Positions 1 through 9,890 of a DNA stretch of 64,000 nucleotides are shown one piece after another. Location: the IMG/VR virus record IMGVR_UViG_3300032007_000017. One strand, given 5' to 3'. The number at the start of each line of letters is the position of its first letter. The first letter of the stretch is position 1. The notes beneath the pieces are model-generated. The model did not search any database. It was given only the letters and a program-made list of their open reading frames with translations, and was not told where the DNA came from. The stretch is from a virus. Its lineage: Duplodnaviria > Caudoviricetes. A program made the position numbers and the translations under genes.

Positions 1-204
1 TGAGATATTAGTGCTAACCATGACAGGAAAAACACAGACAAGGTTGGTAGTCTTTCTGACTAACGATGTTGAATTATATGGGTTATTTTTACGAGCTTTA
101 TAATCCATGAATTCTTCTGGATCCATTTTCTTGAAGAAATCAATGGTATCAATAACTTCACCGACTATAGTCTCGTGCATAACTCTGCAGTCATTCATAG
201 CCAT
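1..204 (-). CDS. Putative virion structural protein, 5' part only (MAMNDCRVMHETIVGEV...), runs off the window
   Basis: Open frame from ATG at 204 to the window edge, translated by hand; GGAGG SD and AACA-N6-TA motif (237-248) upstream. Confidence 0.7.
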   Translation of the reverse strand, partial: MAMNDCRVMHETIVGEVIDTIDFFKKMDPEEFMDYKARKNNPYNSTSLVRKTTNLVCVFPVMVSTNIS

Positions 205-259
205 AAAGAACTCAATACCTCCAATCTTAATTAGATTACTTCTATGTTCCAGCCTAAAA

Positions 260-285
260 AATAAAGGGGCTTTCGCCCCTTTATT
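260..285 (-). terminator. Intrinsic terminator
   Basis: 11-bp stem, GAAA loop, U tail. Confidence 0.8.
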
Positions 286-424
286 CATTATTTTCTGTAA
301 CCTTCTGAGCAGCTTTTAATAATGTTTCAACTGCATCAGGATGGTCATCCAGAAAATTAAATATTTTTTCAAAGGTAGCTTTATGCTTAGAGAAAAACAT
401 AGCAAATTCTACGCTATCAGCCAT
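281..424 (-). CDS. Small hypothetical protein, 47 aa (MADSVEFAMFF...)
   Basis: GGAGG SD upstream, open frame, terminator hairpin at its end; below the ORF-track cutoff. Confidence 0.65.
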   Translation of the reverse strand: MADSVEFAMFFSKHKATFEKIFNFLDDHPDAVETLLKAAQKVTENNE

Positions 425-468
425 GTTTTAAATACCTCCACAATGTAATCACTTACCTGTTATTAATA

Positions 469-678
469 TTATTTAGTAGGTGATTGATTATGGAAGTCAT
501 TAGAAATTTTTTCTAATGCCTCTGCTATTTTTTCCTCAGCTTCAGCTTTGTGTTCAAAGGCTTGTACGAATCGTTCTGCCAATTCGAAGCCTAGTTTAAT
601 TCTAGCTTCTTCTCTGTCAGCCTCTTCTCTACCAAGCCTAGACATCATTTCTCCATAGGTTTCATAGTTACCAGCCAT
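469..678 (-). CDS. Small hypothetical protein (start revised to MAGNYE)
   Basis: GGAGG SD before ATG 678; TATATTAT-type motif at 775-790. Confidence 0.7.
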   Translation of the reverse strand: MAGNYETYGEMMSRLGREEADREEARIKLGFELAERFVQAFEHKAEAEEKIAEALEKISNDFHNQSPTK

Positions 679-813
679 AGATCTTAAAACCTCCAACTAC
701 ATAATCTTATCTTCCCTATATAAATAAGGAAAGTATCTTTCATGTGTTGATTGAATTAAGATGCTCATGACCACTATAATAATATACAATTATCCATAGC
801 TTTTGCCGCCCGG

Positions 814-825
814 AACATCTGAGTA
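814..825 (+). promoter_or_regulatory. Late-type phage promoter AACA-N6-TA (representative copy)
   Basis: Also on + at 4856, 5934, 21783, 23398, 24215, 43334, 46639, 48073, 49676, 49850, 58553 and on - at 248, 9859, 18515, 19051, 23396, 36179, 55661, 63208; matches the AR9 non-virion RNAP consensus. Confidence 0.85.
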
Positions 826-858
826 ATTAACAGTCTAAACTTCCTAAGGAGGTTTAAT

Positions 859-1959
859 ATGGCTAGATTTTATAGTTCAGAAAATGATATGATAGGTAAG
901 CTCTATTCTAAAGATCACCTATCAGATGGAATTCGCACTTCAAAAGATTATAATGTAGGTCTTACATTAAAACCACCTGTTGTGGAAGATCTGAGAGCGA
1001 GAGCAGTTTATAATCGGATTGATGGTCACTGGGATAAACGGTTTACCAGAGTTCCGATTATAGATCCATACACCACTCTTCAAGGTACAAGAGAATATCT
1101 GTTTTTCACAAAACCAGACCTTCACTTGTATGGTAATAATAGTGGTGGCTACTCGATCACAGATTTCACAAACAAAAATACTGAATTGACTTCTCGTAGT
1201 AGTTTCTTTGCTGATGCACTGGAACGTTATCCTAGAGTAGTAGATCAACTTCAGTATTCTAAATCTAGTGGTGATAGCGGAGGTCCTCTTAGTCCACTAC
1301 TCTCTAATGCAGTAGTAAGTAATTTGGATCTGCCTTCTATCTCTGCGGATACAATCGATACTCCTCAGAATGTATATGGTACCAAGATTGAATATCGTGG
1401 AACTTCATACAAGTCTGATGAGGGATTCGATTTTTCTTTGACTTTTAAAGATACTAAGTATCTTGAAGTCTATATGTGGTTTAAGATGTACGATGAATAT
1501 GAACGCATGAAGTGGAAAGGACAAGTTACTCCCACTCGTGATGAATATCGTCGATTCAAAATACTACATGATCAAATGGCAATCTATAAGTTTATAGTTG
1601 CCGATGATGGTATGAGCTTAGTATACTATGCTCGTATTATGGGTTGTTTCCCAACCAGTGTTCCTAGAGAAACGTTTAATAGACTGGAACCTGGTGAGAT
1701 ACAATATGATGTCAATTGGCATGGATTCGATGTGCAAGAACTCGATCCTGTCATTCTCGCAGATTTCAATAATATTACTCGCTCTTATAGAGAATCGAGT
1801 GGGGATGGAGCTCTCAGGCTGTATGATACAAATAATCATACCTTTAATCCAGAATGGGCTCTTTGTCCTTTTATCTATCAGCGTGAGAATATCAATAATG
1901 AATTAGACCAGATGAATAAATACTATCTTTTATGGTCTAAGGCAAGGGAGGAATTATAA
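859..1959 (+). CDS. Virion structural protein, probably baseplate or tail-tube-like
   Basis: 366-aa ORF, AGGAGG SD, late-type promoter 814-825, abuts the baseplate wedge gene; product inferred from context. Confidence 0.6.
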   Translation: MARFYSSENDMIGKLYSKDHLSDGIRTSKDYNVGLTLKPPVVEDLRARAVYNRIDGHWDKRFTRVPIIDPYTTLQGTREYLFFTKPDLHLYGNNSGGYSITDFTNKNTELTSRSSFFADALERYPRVVDQLQYSKSSGDSGGPLSPLLSNAVVSNLDLPSISADTIDTPQNVYGTKIEYRGTSYKSDEGFDFSLTFKDTKYLEVYMWFKMYDEYERMKWKGQVTPTRDEYRRFKILHDQMAIYKFIVADDGMSLVYYARIMGCFPTSVPRETFNRLEPGEIQYDVNWHGFDVQELDPVILADFNNITRSYRESSGDGALRLYDTNNHTFNPEWALCPFIYQRENINNELDQMNKYYLLWSKAREEL

Positions 1960-4857
1960 ATGCCTAACAGTTCCTCAAATATTAAGAAACTTACTCCGGA
2001 TGTCTATGACATTGCAGAGTATGTAGGAGAAATTCAAAAGAATAATATGGATGGAGCTCCTGAAGATACCTTAATGCTTGGTATCTTCGGTTTCATGAGA
2101 GAAGTATTCTCTGATATGGGACAGAACTCCATTGTTATGGCTAGTGAATTTGCATCTGAAGGTATTCCTACTAAGGCTAAGTTTGAGAAGAACTTAATTG
2201 CTCATGCATTAAGCCTTGGTATTACTACTTTGAATGCAGTTCCTGCACAGATGGAAGTATTCCTTACTTTCCAAGAAGATCAGATTATCAATGCAATTGG
2301 TGGAGGTTCTGGAGAATTTATCTACGATTGTGATAATCCGATTTACTTTGGAGATTATGAATTCCATCCTGATTATGATATTATTATTAAACGAGTCAAA
2401 CTCGTCAATGGTAATTACACTTATACAGCGATGTATGATATGGAAGGTAGTGGGATTTATACAAATCCTGTATCTGATATCACTAATCCGTATCTGACTC
2501 CTCCTGTTGTAATGAAGATCAATAGCACTAGATATCTCTTTACTGCCTGTACCATTCGTCAGGTTGAAAAGAAGACCATCTATGGTAAAGTCCTTAGTGA
2601 TAATACTATCTCTGCTAAGACCTTCAACTTCAACTTTGAGTCTCAGCTTGCTGGATTTGATGTGAATGTAATCAATTCCAATGGAACTACACATCTTACT
2701 CCAATCTATGAAGGGCTTTCTTCTAGTGGAACTAAATATCCATATGTATGGTTTAATTATATGGATACAGAAACCATTAGACTGAAGTTTGATCGTTCTT
2801 CATATTATCCGAGACTTAGTTCTGATATTGAAGTTCGTCTTCAGACTACACAGGGTCAGGCTGGTAACTTTGTTTGGTCGAAAGAAGAGCAGTATCCTAT
2901 CTTTTCTTTCGATTCAGAAAGACTTGGCTACTCTAGTATCATCGTTGAGGTTCGTCCTATCAACTATGAGTCTAGATATGGTATGGATAAGAAGACCGTA
3001 GAAGAGCTTAGAGAGATTATCCCGAAAGAAGCTCTTTCTAGAGGATCTATTACAAATACAACTGACCTTCAGAATTACTTCAATGCAATTGATACAAATC
3101 TTTCTAAGATGTATTTCTATAAGAAGAAAGATAATTGCATGGGTAGATTGTATTATTCATACATCGTTATGAAGGATGCAAAATCGAATGTTATTCCTTC
3201 GAATACCGTTCCGATTATGCTTGATCCTTCTCAATTGGTTACTAAAGAGAAGTCTGGTAAGTTGATTCTGAAGAGAGGAACCGTGTTCCGTCTTGAAGAT
3301 GATGGCTATGCTAAGATTTATGATATCTCTCAAGGAACCGATGATGATCATTTCTATTACATCATTCCTTATAATCTTGTCATTAGTGAATCTCCTATGT
3401 ATGGAATTTACTTCTTGACGACAATGAATGTGAATAAAAACTTAGGATTTACTCACATTAATGAGGAATGCCAGTATCAGTATATCGCTACGTATATTAA
3501 CTGGAATCGTAAGTATACGGAAGAGACTGATACTTATAAGCTCACTATGATTTGTGAGCAGAACTTAACCGATGATGACTCTATGATTACAGTAGATCCT
3601 ACTACCGGAGAAATCACGAATACAAACGTGAAGGCTTATATTGTTTTCTATAATGATGACGATGAGCCTACTCGTTATGCGGAAGGTACTATTGTTAATT
3701 ATGAGCCTGATGCTAAAGTCATTACCTATGAATTCAAGATTCAGACGAATGACTTAATCAATGAGAATAATGGCATTAGAGTTACTGGAGTTACCGAAGC
3801 TGGTCATGCTCCTGGCTCTGGTGTCCTATATGGATACTTGCCTGGTAACTGTAAGGCTATGATCCATATTGTAACCTATCAACCTGAATACTCTACAGAT
3901 ACTGGCTATACAGATATCTTTGGAGATGATTCGGTTGATCTGAAAGATATTATTCCTCTTGATACTGATTGGTGTGTTTCTAATTCCTATGAAGTAAAAG
4001 CTGGAGTTGATTTCTTCTATAACTATTCTGAGATTGTCTATTCTTATATTGATGCAAAGGCTAAGTCTGGTGGTGGGAGTATTGATCCTTTTGATCCGGA
4101 TCCTGAAGTCAGATCTATTACAGCACACTTTGCATATAATGATGACATGGTTCTTACCTTTGAACGTGTTGAAGGAGAAGACGATCCTATCTATCAATCT
4201 GATCTGGAAGGTTCTACTGCTATAATTGATCATACTGGAACTCAGTTAGATTATATAACTCCTGAACCTGATCCAGATCCTGGTACTTCTGATAATCCTG
4301 ATGACTATTCCTATTATTTTGTAATTGATGGAGTTCCTTTACTTAAGTGGGATTACTTCAAGGATGAATCTACAGTTGAATTCTTCTGTAATGAGATTAT
4401 TCGTAGAAAAACATATATCTCGAATGCTCTTCCATATCTTGAAGATTCTTTTGGAATGGATTTCAAATTCTTCAATACATATGGACCTGCTCATATGTAT
4501 ACTACGGATGGAGTTGCAAACTATCTCAACAGAGTGAATATTTCTCTTAAATTCCGTCTTGGTCTTAGGATCAACTATGACGAGAATATTATTCAGTACA
4601 TCAAAGATGATGTCAAAGAGTTTATCGATAATATCAATTCGATTGATAGTATCCATATGACAAACCTGACTACTGAAATTGAAGAGAAGTATGCTGAATC
4701 TGTTCGATTCTTTGAATTCCTTGACTTCAATGGATACGGTCCTGGTGTTCAGCACATCTATACTGGTGAAATGCCTAGTGATGTGATTACTCCTGAGCTT
4801 GTATCTGTTCATATCAAAGAAGATGGAGAACCGGACATCGATATTACCATCGCGTAA
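1960..4857 (+). CDS. Baseplate wedge protein (T4 gp6/baseplate J-like)
   Basis: 965 aa; N-terminal 'LIAHALSLG...AVPA', central 'TTQGQAGN' and 'VEELR...ITNTTDLQNYF' resemble the gp6/J family pattern. Confidence 0.7.
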   Translation: MPNSSSNIKKLTPDVYDIAEYVGEIQKNNMDGAPEDTLMLGIFGFMREVFSDMGQNSIVMASEFASEGIPTKAKFEKNLIAHALSLGITTLNAVPAQMEVFLTFQEDQIINAIGGGSGEFIYDCDNPIYFGDYEFHPDYDIIIKRVKLVNGNYTYTAMYDMEGSGIYTNPVSDITNPYLTPPVVMKINSTRYLFTACTIRQVEKKTIYGKVLSDNTISAKTFNFNFESQLAGFDVNVINSNGTTHLTPIYEGLSSSGTKYPYVWFNYMDTETIRLKFDRSSYYPRLSSDIEVRLQTTQGQAGNFVWSKEEQYPIFSFDSERLGYSSIIVEVRPINYESRYGMDKKTVEELREIIPKEALSRGSITNTTDLQNYFNAIDTNLSKMYFYKKKDNCMGRLYYSYIVMKDAKSNVIPSNTVPIMLDPSQLVTKEKSGKLILKRGTVFRLEDDGYAKIYDISQGTDDDHFYYIIPYNLVISESPMYGIYFLTTMNVNKNLGFTHINEECQYQYIATYINWNRKYTEETDTYKLTMICEQNLTDDDSMITVDPTTGEITNTNVKAYIVFYNDDDEPTRYAEGTIVNYEPDAKVITYEFKIQTNDLINENNGIRVTGVTEAGHAPGSGVLYGYLPGNCKAMIHIVTYQPEYSTDTGYTDIFGDDSVDLKDIIPLDTDWCVSNSYEVKAGVDFFYNYSEIVYSYIDAKAKSGGGSIDPFDPDPEVRSITAHFAYNDDMVLTFERVEGEDDPIYQSDLEGSTAIIDHTGTQLDYITPEPDPDPGTSDNPDDYSYYFVIDGVPLLKWDYFKDESTVEFFCNEIIRRKTYISNALPYLEDSFGMDFKFFNTYGPAHMYTTDGVANYLNRVNISLKFRLGLRINYDENIIQYIKDDVKEFIDNINSIDSIHMTNLTTEIEEKYAESVRFFEFLDFNGYGPGVQHIYTGEMPSDVITPELVSVHIKEDGEPDIDITIA

Positions 4858-4891
4858 CATCTTGATAAAATGCTTAAAAGGAGGTATATTT

Positions 4892-5887
4892 ATGCCTTTT
4901 ATCAGACCTCAGAAGGCCACATCAACTAAAGCCTTTATTGAGTCTTCTATGAAATATACTGAGAAGATGAATAATGACATTGCTCGCCAGAACAATCAGG
5001 CGAACTATGATGCCAGAAGGTCTATTAAAGAGAATGCTGCTATCCTTGAAGCGGCTTCTCGACATTCTATCAATCAGGATAGATATGCTAAGTTCTCTGA
5101 GAATGTAAAGCTCAGACTACTTGGTCATTCTATCACTGAGATTGCAGAATCTGCTATGCAGAGAGCAAATGAGAAGCTTGATCGTGAATTCTTCAATCAT
5201 GAGAATTATAATACGATCAATGCTATTACCTATAACTTCATTCGTGAGAATGGCGAGGCTTCTACTCTGATCAACAATGTGACTACTAAGCCAATGTCTA
5301 CTTACATGGCTGAGGTTATGTCTACTATCAAGAAAACCCAGCGTAGTGTTCTTGAAGGAGTTGATCGTAATGATCCTGATTCCTTTAAGATGACTTCTGG
5401 TGTCATGGACGATTACAGTGCCCATGTTGGTGAAGTTTTCGGTCATGACGAGCTTGTTGATAGTATTGCTGATCGTGTTGCCTCTACTCTTCAGGATTTT
5501 GTCACTCAGAATGCTAAGGACAAGGAGAAGATCATTGCTGCTCTTACAGCAACTAAGGATAAGGTCGAATCTCTTGGTCCTGATGCTAGTGAGGAGCTCA
5601 AGGAGTCTTATGCGAATCTCAGCCGTCGCTTCATTGCTGATATCCGTGCTAAAAAGCATGGTATCTTCAATGAGATGGTCGTTCGTATGTCTAAGGCTAT
5701 TATGAAGAGCGAGAATCCTAATGTCAGAGCTAAGTTTATGGAAGGTGCCCATCTCAATGTCGAGTCCATTGTTAATAATGTCGCTACGATGTATACATTC
5801 ATAGAGACAGTTAATAGCATGGGACTCGTCAATGTTGATGAAGCTTTCATCACCAATATGCTGAATGACATTAGCAACGAGACCTAA
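4892..5887 (+). CDS. Putative virion/head protein (start revised to MPFIRPQ)
   Basis: AGGAGG SD before ATG 4892; own late-type promoter 4856-4867 and terminator. Confidence 0.7.
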   Translation: MPFIRPQKATSTKAFIESSMKYTEKMNNDIARQNNQANYDARRSIKENAAILEAASRHSINQDRYAKFSENVKLRLLGHSITEIAESAMQRANEKLDREFFNHENYNTINAITYNFIRENGEASTLINNVTTKPMSTYMAEVMSTIKKTQRSVLEGVDRNDPDSFKMTSGVMDDYSAHVGEVFGHDELVDSIADRVASTLQDFVTQNAKDKEKIIAALTATKDKVESLGPDASEELKESYANLSRRFIADIRAKKHGIFNEMVVRMSKAIMKSENPNVRAKFMEGAHLNVESIVNNVATMYTFIETVNSMGLVNVDEAFITNMLNDISNET

Positions 5888-5890
5888 AAT

Positions 5891-5922
5891 AATTAGAGAG
5901 CAGGAAATCCTGCTCTCTAATT
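5891..5922 (+). terminator. Intrinsic terminator
   Basis: 14-bp stem after the stop codon. Confidence 0.8.
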
Positions 5923-5969
5923 TATTGGCCTAGAACAATTTAGTAATACTGATTAGGGAGAATATTATT

Positions 5970-6575
5970 ATGAGTAATAAGCCATTTGGTATTTTTACTG
6001 ATATGATTCTCAAAGAGGCTACTCTTACAGAAGTAACCACATCTGAGCCTCTTCAGGAATTTGTTACAGTATCAAAAGATAAATTAGATTCTAAGATGGT
6101 AGCAGATATCAAGAAAGTCTATGATAACTGCTATAAGGACCTTTGTGATTGGCCTAGAATGCATTTTGGTAATTCTAAAGAAACTCTTGGCGATCATTCT
6201 AAACCTTTTAACCGCATGTATGATGTGATTAAAGATAAGATTAGTGATAAGCCTAGACAAAATTTACCATTCAATTGCGGTCAAGGAATTATTTCAATGA
6301 CTGGTCCTACTAGTCCTGAAGCTATGGCTAAGCTTCTTAGTAAGAATGTAGAAGCTGCAGGATTTAAGCTTACTCCTTCTAGAGGTAGTGGGTTTAAGGA
6401 TTTCTTGAATGGTCGCTATTATTACAAAGTATATGGTGATCGTATCGTAATCATGAATCCTTATGTAACCTATACCACATACTATGGAGCACCTATTGGA
6501 TTCTCATCTGTTTGTATCGAAATCAAATGCTACAATTACGATGAGAAGGTCAAAAAGAACTTTAATCTCAAATAA
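5970..6575 (+). CDS. Putative internal head protein with GIF-motif leader
   Basis: 201-aa ORF, late-type promoter 5934-5945; N-terminal FGIFTDMILKE resembles motifs in ORFs 21840 and 23349. Confidence 0.6.
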   Translation: MSNKPFGIFTDMILKEATLTEVTTSEPLQEFVTVSKDKLDSKMVADIKKVYDNCYKDLCDWPRMHFGNSKETLGDHSKPFNRMYDVIKDKISDKPRQNLPFNCGQGIISMTGPTSPEAMAKLLSKNVEAAGFKLTPSRGSGFKDFLNGRYYYKVYGDRIVIMNPYVTYTTYYGAPIGFSSVCIEIKCYNYDEKVKKNFNLK

Positions 6576-6601
6576 AAGAGAGCCCTTAATGGGCTCTCTT
6601 T
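6575..6601. terminator. Bidirectional terminator
   Basis: AAAGAGAGCCC/GGGCTCTCTTT between convergent genes. Confidence 0.85.
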
Positions 6602-6603
6602 CT

Positions 6604-7080
6604 TTATGCGAATTGAAGAATGACGTTATTAGGATCATAGCTTAGAATCTTGTAGAACAAACCTATCTTAGCAGGTTGTTCAATATAAGCATGAAGCCAT
6701 TTATAAGCATCTTCGATACTAAGTGTAGGATTCTCCATTCGCTTAATATTGATGAGATTGACTACGGTGTTTGGGTTGTTAGTAATAGCCGTAGTGATGC
6801 ATCTATTCACAAAAGACTGAATGTCTACAACAGTGAGAGTACGCTTTCCACATGATCTCTTTAAGAACGGTATAGAAAGCGACATAGAAGAGGTGCAGCC
6901 TTCATAGCCAACACCTCCTAAACCAAGATCTCCACCAGTTAGTACACCAGTGAGATCGACTGCCATAAAACCAGGGTTGTCAAAACACACATCTTTAAAG
7001 ATCATACGATCATTTAACATGTCGATCAGTGCATTTTGAAAGCCCTGATCATACATAATTCTACTAGTGACATTTTCCAT
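6604..7080 (-). CDS. Hypothetical protein
   Basis: 158-aa ORF with AAGGAG SD, downstream of rusA. Confidence 0.75.
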   Translation of the reverse strand: MENVTSRIMYDQGFQNALIDMLNDRMIFKDVCFDNPGFMAVDLTGVLTGGDLGLGGVGYEGCTSSMSLSIPFLKRSCGKRTLTVVDIQSFVNRCITTAITNNPNTVVNLINIKRMENPTLSIEDAYKWLHAYIEQPAKIGLFYKILSYDPNNVILQFA

Positions 7081-7099
7081 TATTACATATTACTCCTTT

Positions 7100-7813
7100 C
7101 TACCTAAAGTAAGATAAGTCTGTAGATTGATCGAAATCTACTCTATTCGTGATAGCATTGTACTGTTGTTTATTGTAGAGCATATTCAGATATCTGATTC
7201 TTATCTCAACTCTTGGAAGAATTGAGTAATATTTGTGAACAGATCCGTCTACTACTAATGTATCATCAAGCCATATGTTAGTATTAAACATATCGCAGTA
7301 TTTTTTGGCAATATTATCGAAATCTGGTTTGAAGATAGGCCGAATCAATCCTATCTCAGCTAATATTGTATCTATTCTATTATATGCTGTAGGAGTCTTC
7401 ATGTAAGCATTGATATCAATCTGGCATGGTGTGCATATAAGATGATCTAGTTGTTGCAGTTCTCCTGCATCAACCATACGTCTCATATATTTATTATCCT
7501 CAGCTCCTGTAATAGAGTAAACATGAACAAATGCTGGATTTGCTATAGCCATATTAGCAAGATTCTGCCGATTCACCAATCTAAATCTAGGACGTGGAGA
7601 CCCTTCTGGTATCTCAAAAAGAACTACATTGATATTATAGTATTCAAGAGCGCCAATCATTTGTGATTGCTTCATCATAATATCAAATGCTTGTCTTTCT
7701 GTTATATGATATTGATCATACATCCAACTGAGTCTCTCAGAATAATCTACAGGTATATTACCAAATTTAGATTCATACTCCGATGCTTTTTGTTTTCTTG
7801 ACTTGTGTGGCAT
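7100..7813 (-). CDS. rusA: RusA-like Holliday junction resolvase
   Basis: Motifs PRPR, KPDFDNIAK, DDTLVV and KYYS..PRVEI typical of RusA. Confidence 0.85.
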   Translation of the reverse strand: MPHKSRKQKASEYESKFGNIPVDYSERLSWMYDQYHITERQAFDIMMKQSQMIGALEYYNINVVLFEIPEGSPRPRFRLVNRQNLANMAIANPAFVHVYSITGAEDNKYMRRMVDAGELQQLDHLICTPCQIDINAYMKTPTAYNRIDTILAEIGLIRPIFKPDFDNIAKKYCDMFNTNIWLDDTLVVDGSVHKYYSILPRVEIRIRYLNMLYNKQQYNAITNRVDFDQSTDLSYFR

Positions 7814-7896
7814 TATTTATCACCACCTATTCTATTAAACAGTTTTAATTTAAATAAAAATTAAAAATGAGACGATCATTGGATCGTCTCATTATT

Positions 7897-9828
7897 TTAT
7901 CGATTATTGGGTCTCCAAACTCTACTAATTGCATTAGCAACAGAGTTCTGAAGATTAGACCATACACCAATTCTAACAAAGTCTTTAAATCTATTCTCAA
8001 AGTTAGTAGCAATCCACATACGGATAGTTCTACCAACTTCAGGAGTATAGATATTAACTCCACACAAATTAGCGATATAGTCCATAAGAGTAGTATTATC
8101 AAGAGTATCATATCTTAAATCATTGCCCTTTGTCATAGAGATATTCTCATAAAGGTCAACAATAGAAAGATTTACATCTATTGCAGATGGAATTCCATCA
8201 GCATTCCACATACCAGAATCACCTCTGGTAACAGACATACCAGTGACAATACCCATATCAACTGTCCAGTGTCCCTTATAGATTCCTCTAACCAAGAACG
8301 GAGAACGTAAACCATTCGGATTATTCTCAATCTGTCTAGGAACAGTGAATCCAAACAGATGAAGAAACGGGACAATTACATTCAAGAATACAGAAACTGT
8401 ATCCATATCAGGACTACGAAGTTTAATAGTAACCTCATAGGGGTGGCTAAAACTAGAATCTTTCCAAATCTTCGGGAAGATCAGTTTACCACCAGTAGCA
8501 ACAGAGCTCAGATTGGTAAAGAGATTTTGAACGAATTTACTACTCGTAGCTCCAGCTACATTATTAAGCAATCCGGAAAGAGCACTCTCTCCTGTATCAG
8601 AATCGAATTCAGCAATAGCTACATTCTGAGCCATCTGAGAATAACCAAGGAAGAACATGGCTTCTTTTGCTGCATCAGATAATTGATCTGCCATTCCAGC
8701 AATAGAAGAAGCACCAACATCATTTCCAAACGACTCACTAAACTGAGTATCGGATTCAATATAGAAAGGAATAGACATATACTCTGTAGGATCAATAATT
8801 CCATTAAAGAATCCATTCAGAGTTTTTGTTGTATATTCAGACCAATCTATACTGTCGAGCTTCTTATTATCAAATACGTAATCACCAATCCCTAAAAAGT
8901 TTGCAGCAAGTCTGCAAAGAGGATTTACGTAATTATAATAATCAGCCACATTATACTCAAATGTATAATACTTTCCGGTATCAGAAAGAAGCTGATCGGT
9001 ACTAACAGTTCCTCCTCCAGAAATTAGACTGGCAAGAGAACCAAAAATAGAGTTCTTTTCTTCATCACTATAAGATCCCATGAAATTAGGAACACCAGGA
9101 GAAAGAAAGAGAATAGGCATATTCTCTACAATCTTTTTAGCATAAATTTTACCAAGTTTATCAAAACCACTATTGACATATCCAGAATAATCAGATATTT
9201 CCTCATTGGTAATTCTGGGATCGACATGTGGCATAAACTGATAAGGAGCTCCAAATATTCCAGTTATAGGTCTTGAATTAAAGATATCAAATTTTTTGCC
9301 TTCCATAGAAGAAGGCCACTTTGTAATTGATTCTACTGTAGGAAGATATCCCTGAGATGCAATAGCATAATCAGAAATATCATCTACAATATTTGTAGCT
9401 TCAAGAATATTTCCATCTTCATCATAAGAAGCAGTTACATTATAGATAGTACTATCGAGATCATCATATGAATCTATAAATGTATCTGTAAGAAATGGTC
9501 CTTCAGTACGTTCATACTCGTCTCCGCCAGTTGGAGTGGTTCCTCCAGTAGCAGTCCATACAGACTCTAAATGCCAATACTTTTTCTGATCATCATAAAC
9601 AAATAGAGTCTTATATTTATTGCCATTATATTCTTCAAACTTTTCACGTTTTATTGTCGATGTAGGAGAATTCTCACTAGTAAAGACAATTTTATTTAAT
9701 GCAGATGCTTCATATGCGCCATTCTGTAAAAGAGGTTTATCGACTGTCTTATAACCCCTTCTAGAATCCCATATATAACATGGTAATCCACGAGGATCGG
9801 TTATTTTCCAAGCTCTAATATTAGGCAT
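7897..9828 (-). CDS. Virion structural protein, probably baseplate hub or tube initiator
   Basis: 643 aa, directly downstream of the tape measure gene, late-type promoter 9848-9859; C-terminal beta-rich tube-like segment. Confidence 0.55.
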   Translation of the reverse strand: MPNIRAWKITDPRGLPCYIWDSRRGYKTVDKPLLQNGAYEASALNKIVFTSENSPTSTIKREKFEEYNGNKYKTLFVYDDQKKYWHLESVWTATGGTTPTGGDEYERTEGPFLTDTFIDSYDDLDSTIYNVTASYDEDGNILEATNIVDDISDYAIASQGYLPTVESITKWPSSMEGKKFDIFNSRPITGIFGAPYQFMPHVDPRITNEEISDYSGYVNSGFDKLGKIYAKKIVENMPILFLSPGVPNFMGSYSDEEKNSIFGSLASLISGGGTVSTDQLLSDTGKYYTFEYNVADYYNYVNPLCRLAANFLGIGDYVFDNKKLDSIDWSEYTTKTLNGFFNGIIDPTEYMSIPFYIESDTQFSESFGNDVGASSIAGMADQLSDAAKEAMFFLGYSQMAQNVAIAEFDSDTGESALSGLLNNVAGATSSKFVQNLFTNLSSVATGGKLIFPKIWKDSSFSHPYEVTIKLRSPDMDTVSVFLNVIVPFLHLFGFTVPRQIENNPNGLRSPFLVRGIYKGHWTVDMGIVTGMSVTRGDSGMWNADGIPSAIDVNLSIVDLYENISMTKGNDLRYDTLDNTTLMDYIANLCGVNIYTPEVGRTIRMWIATNFENRFKDFVRIGVWSNLQNSVANAISRVWRPNNR

Positions 9829-9890
9829 TTAAAAACACCTCCAATTTTACTAAAGTGTTGAGCAGGTATAAACCTGCTCAACAGCTTTTA

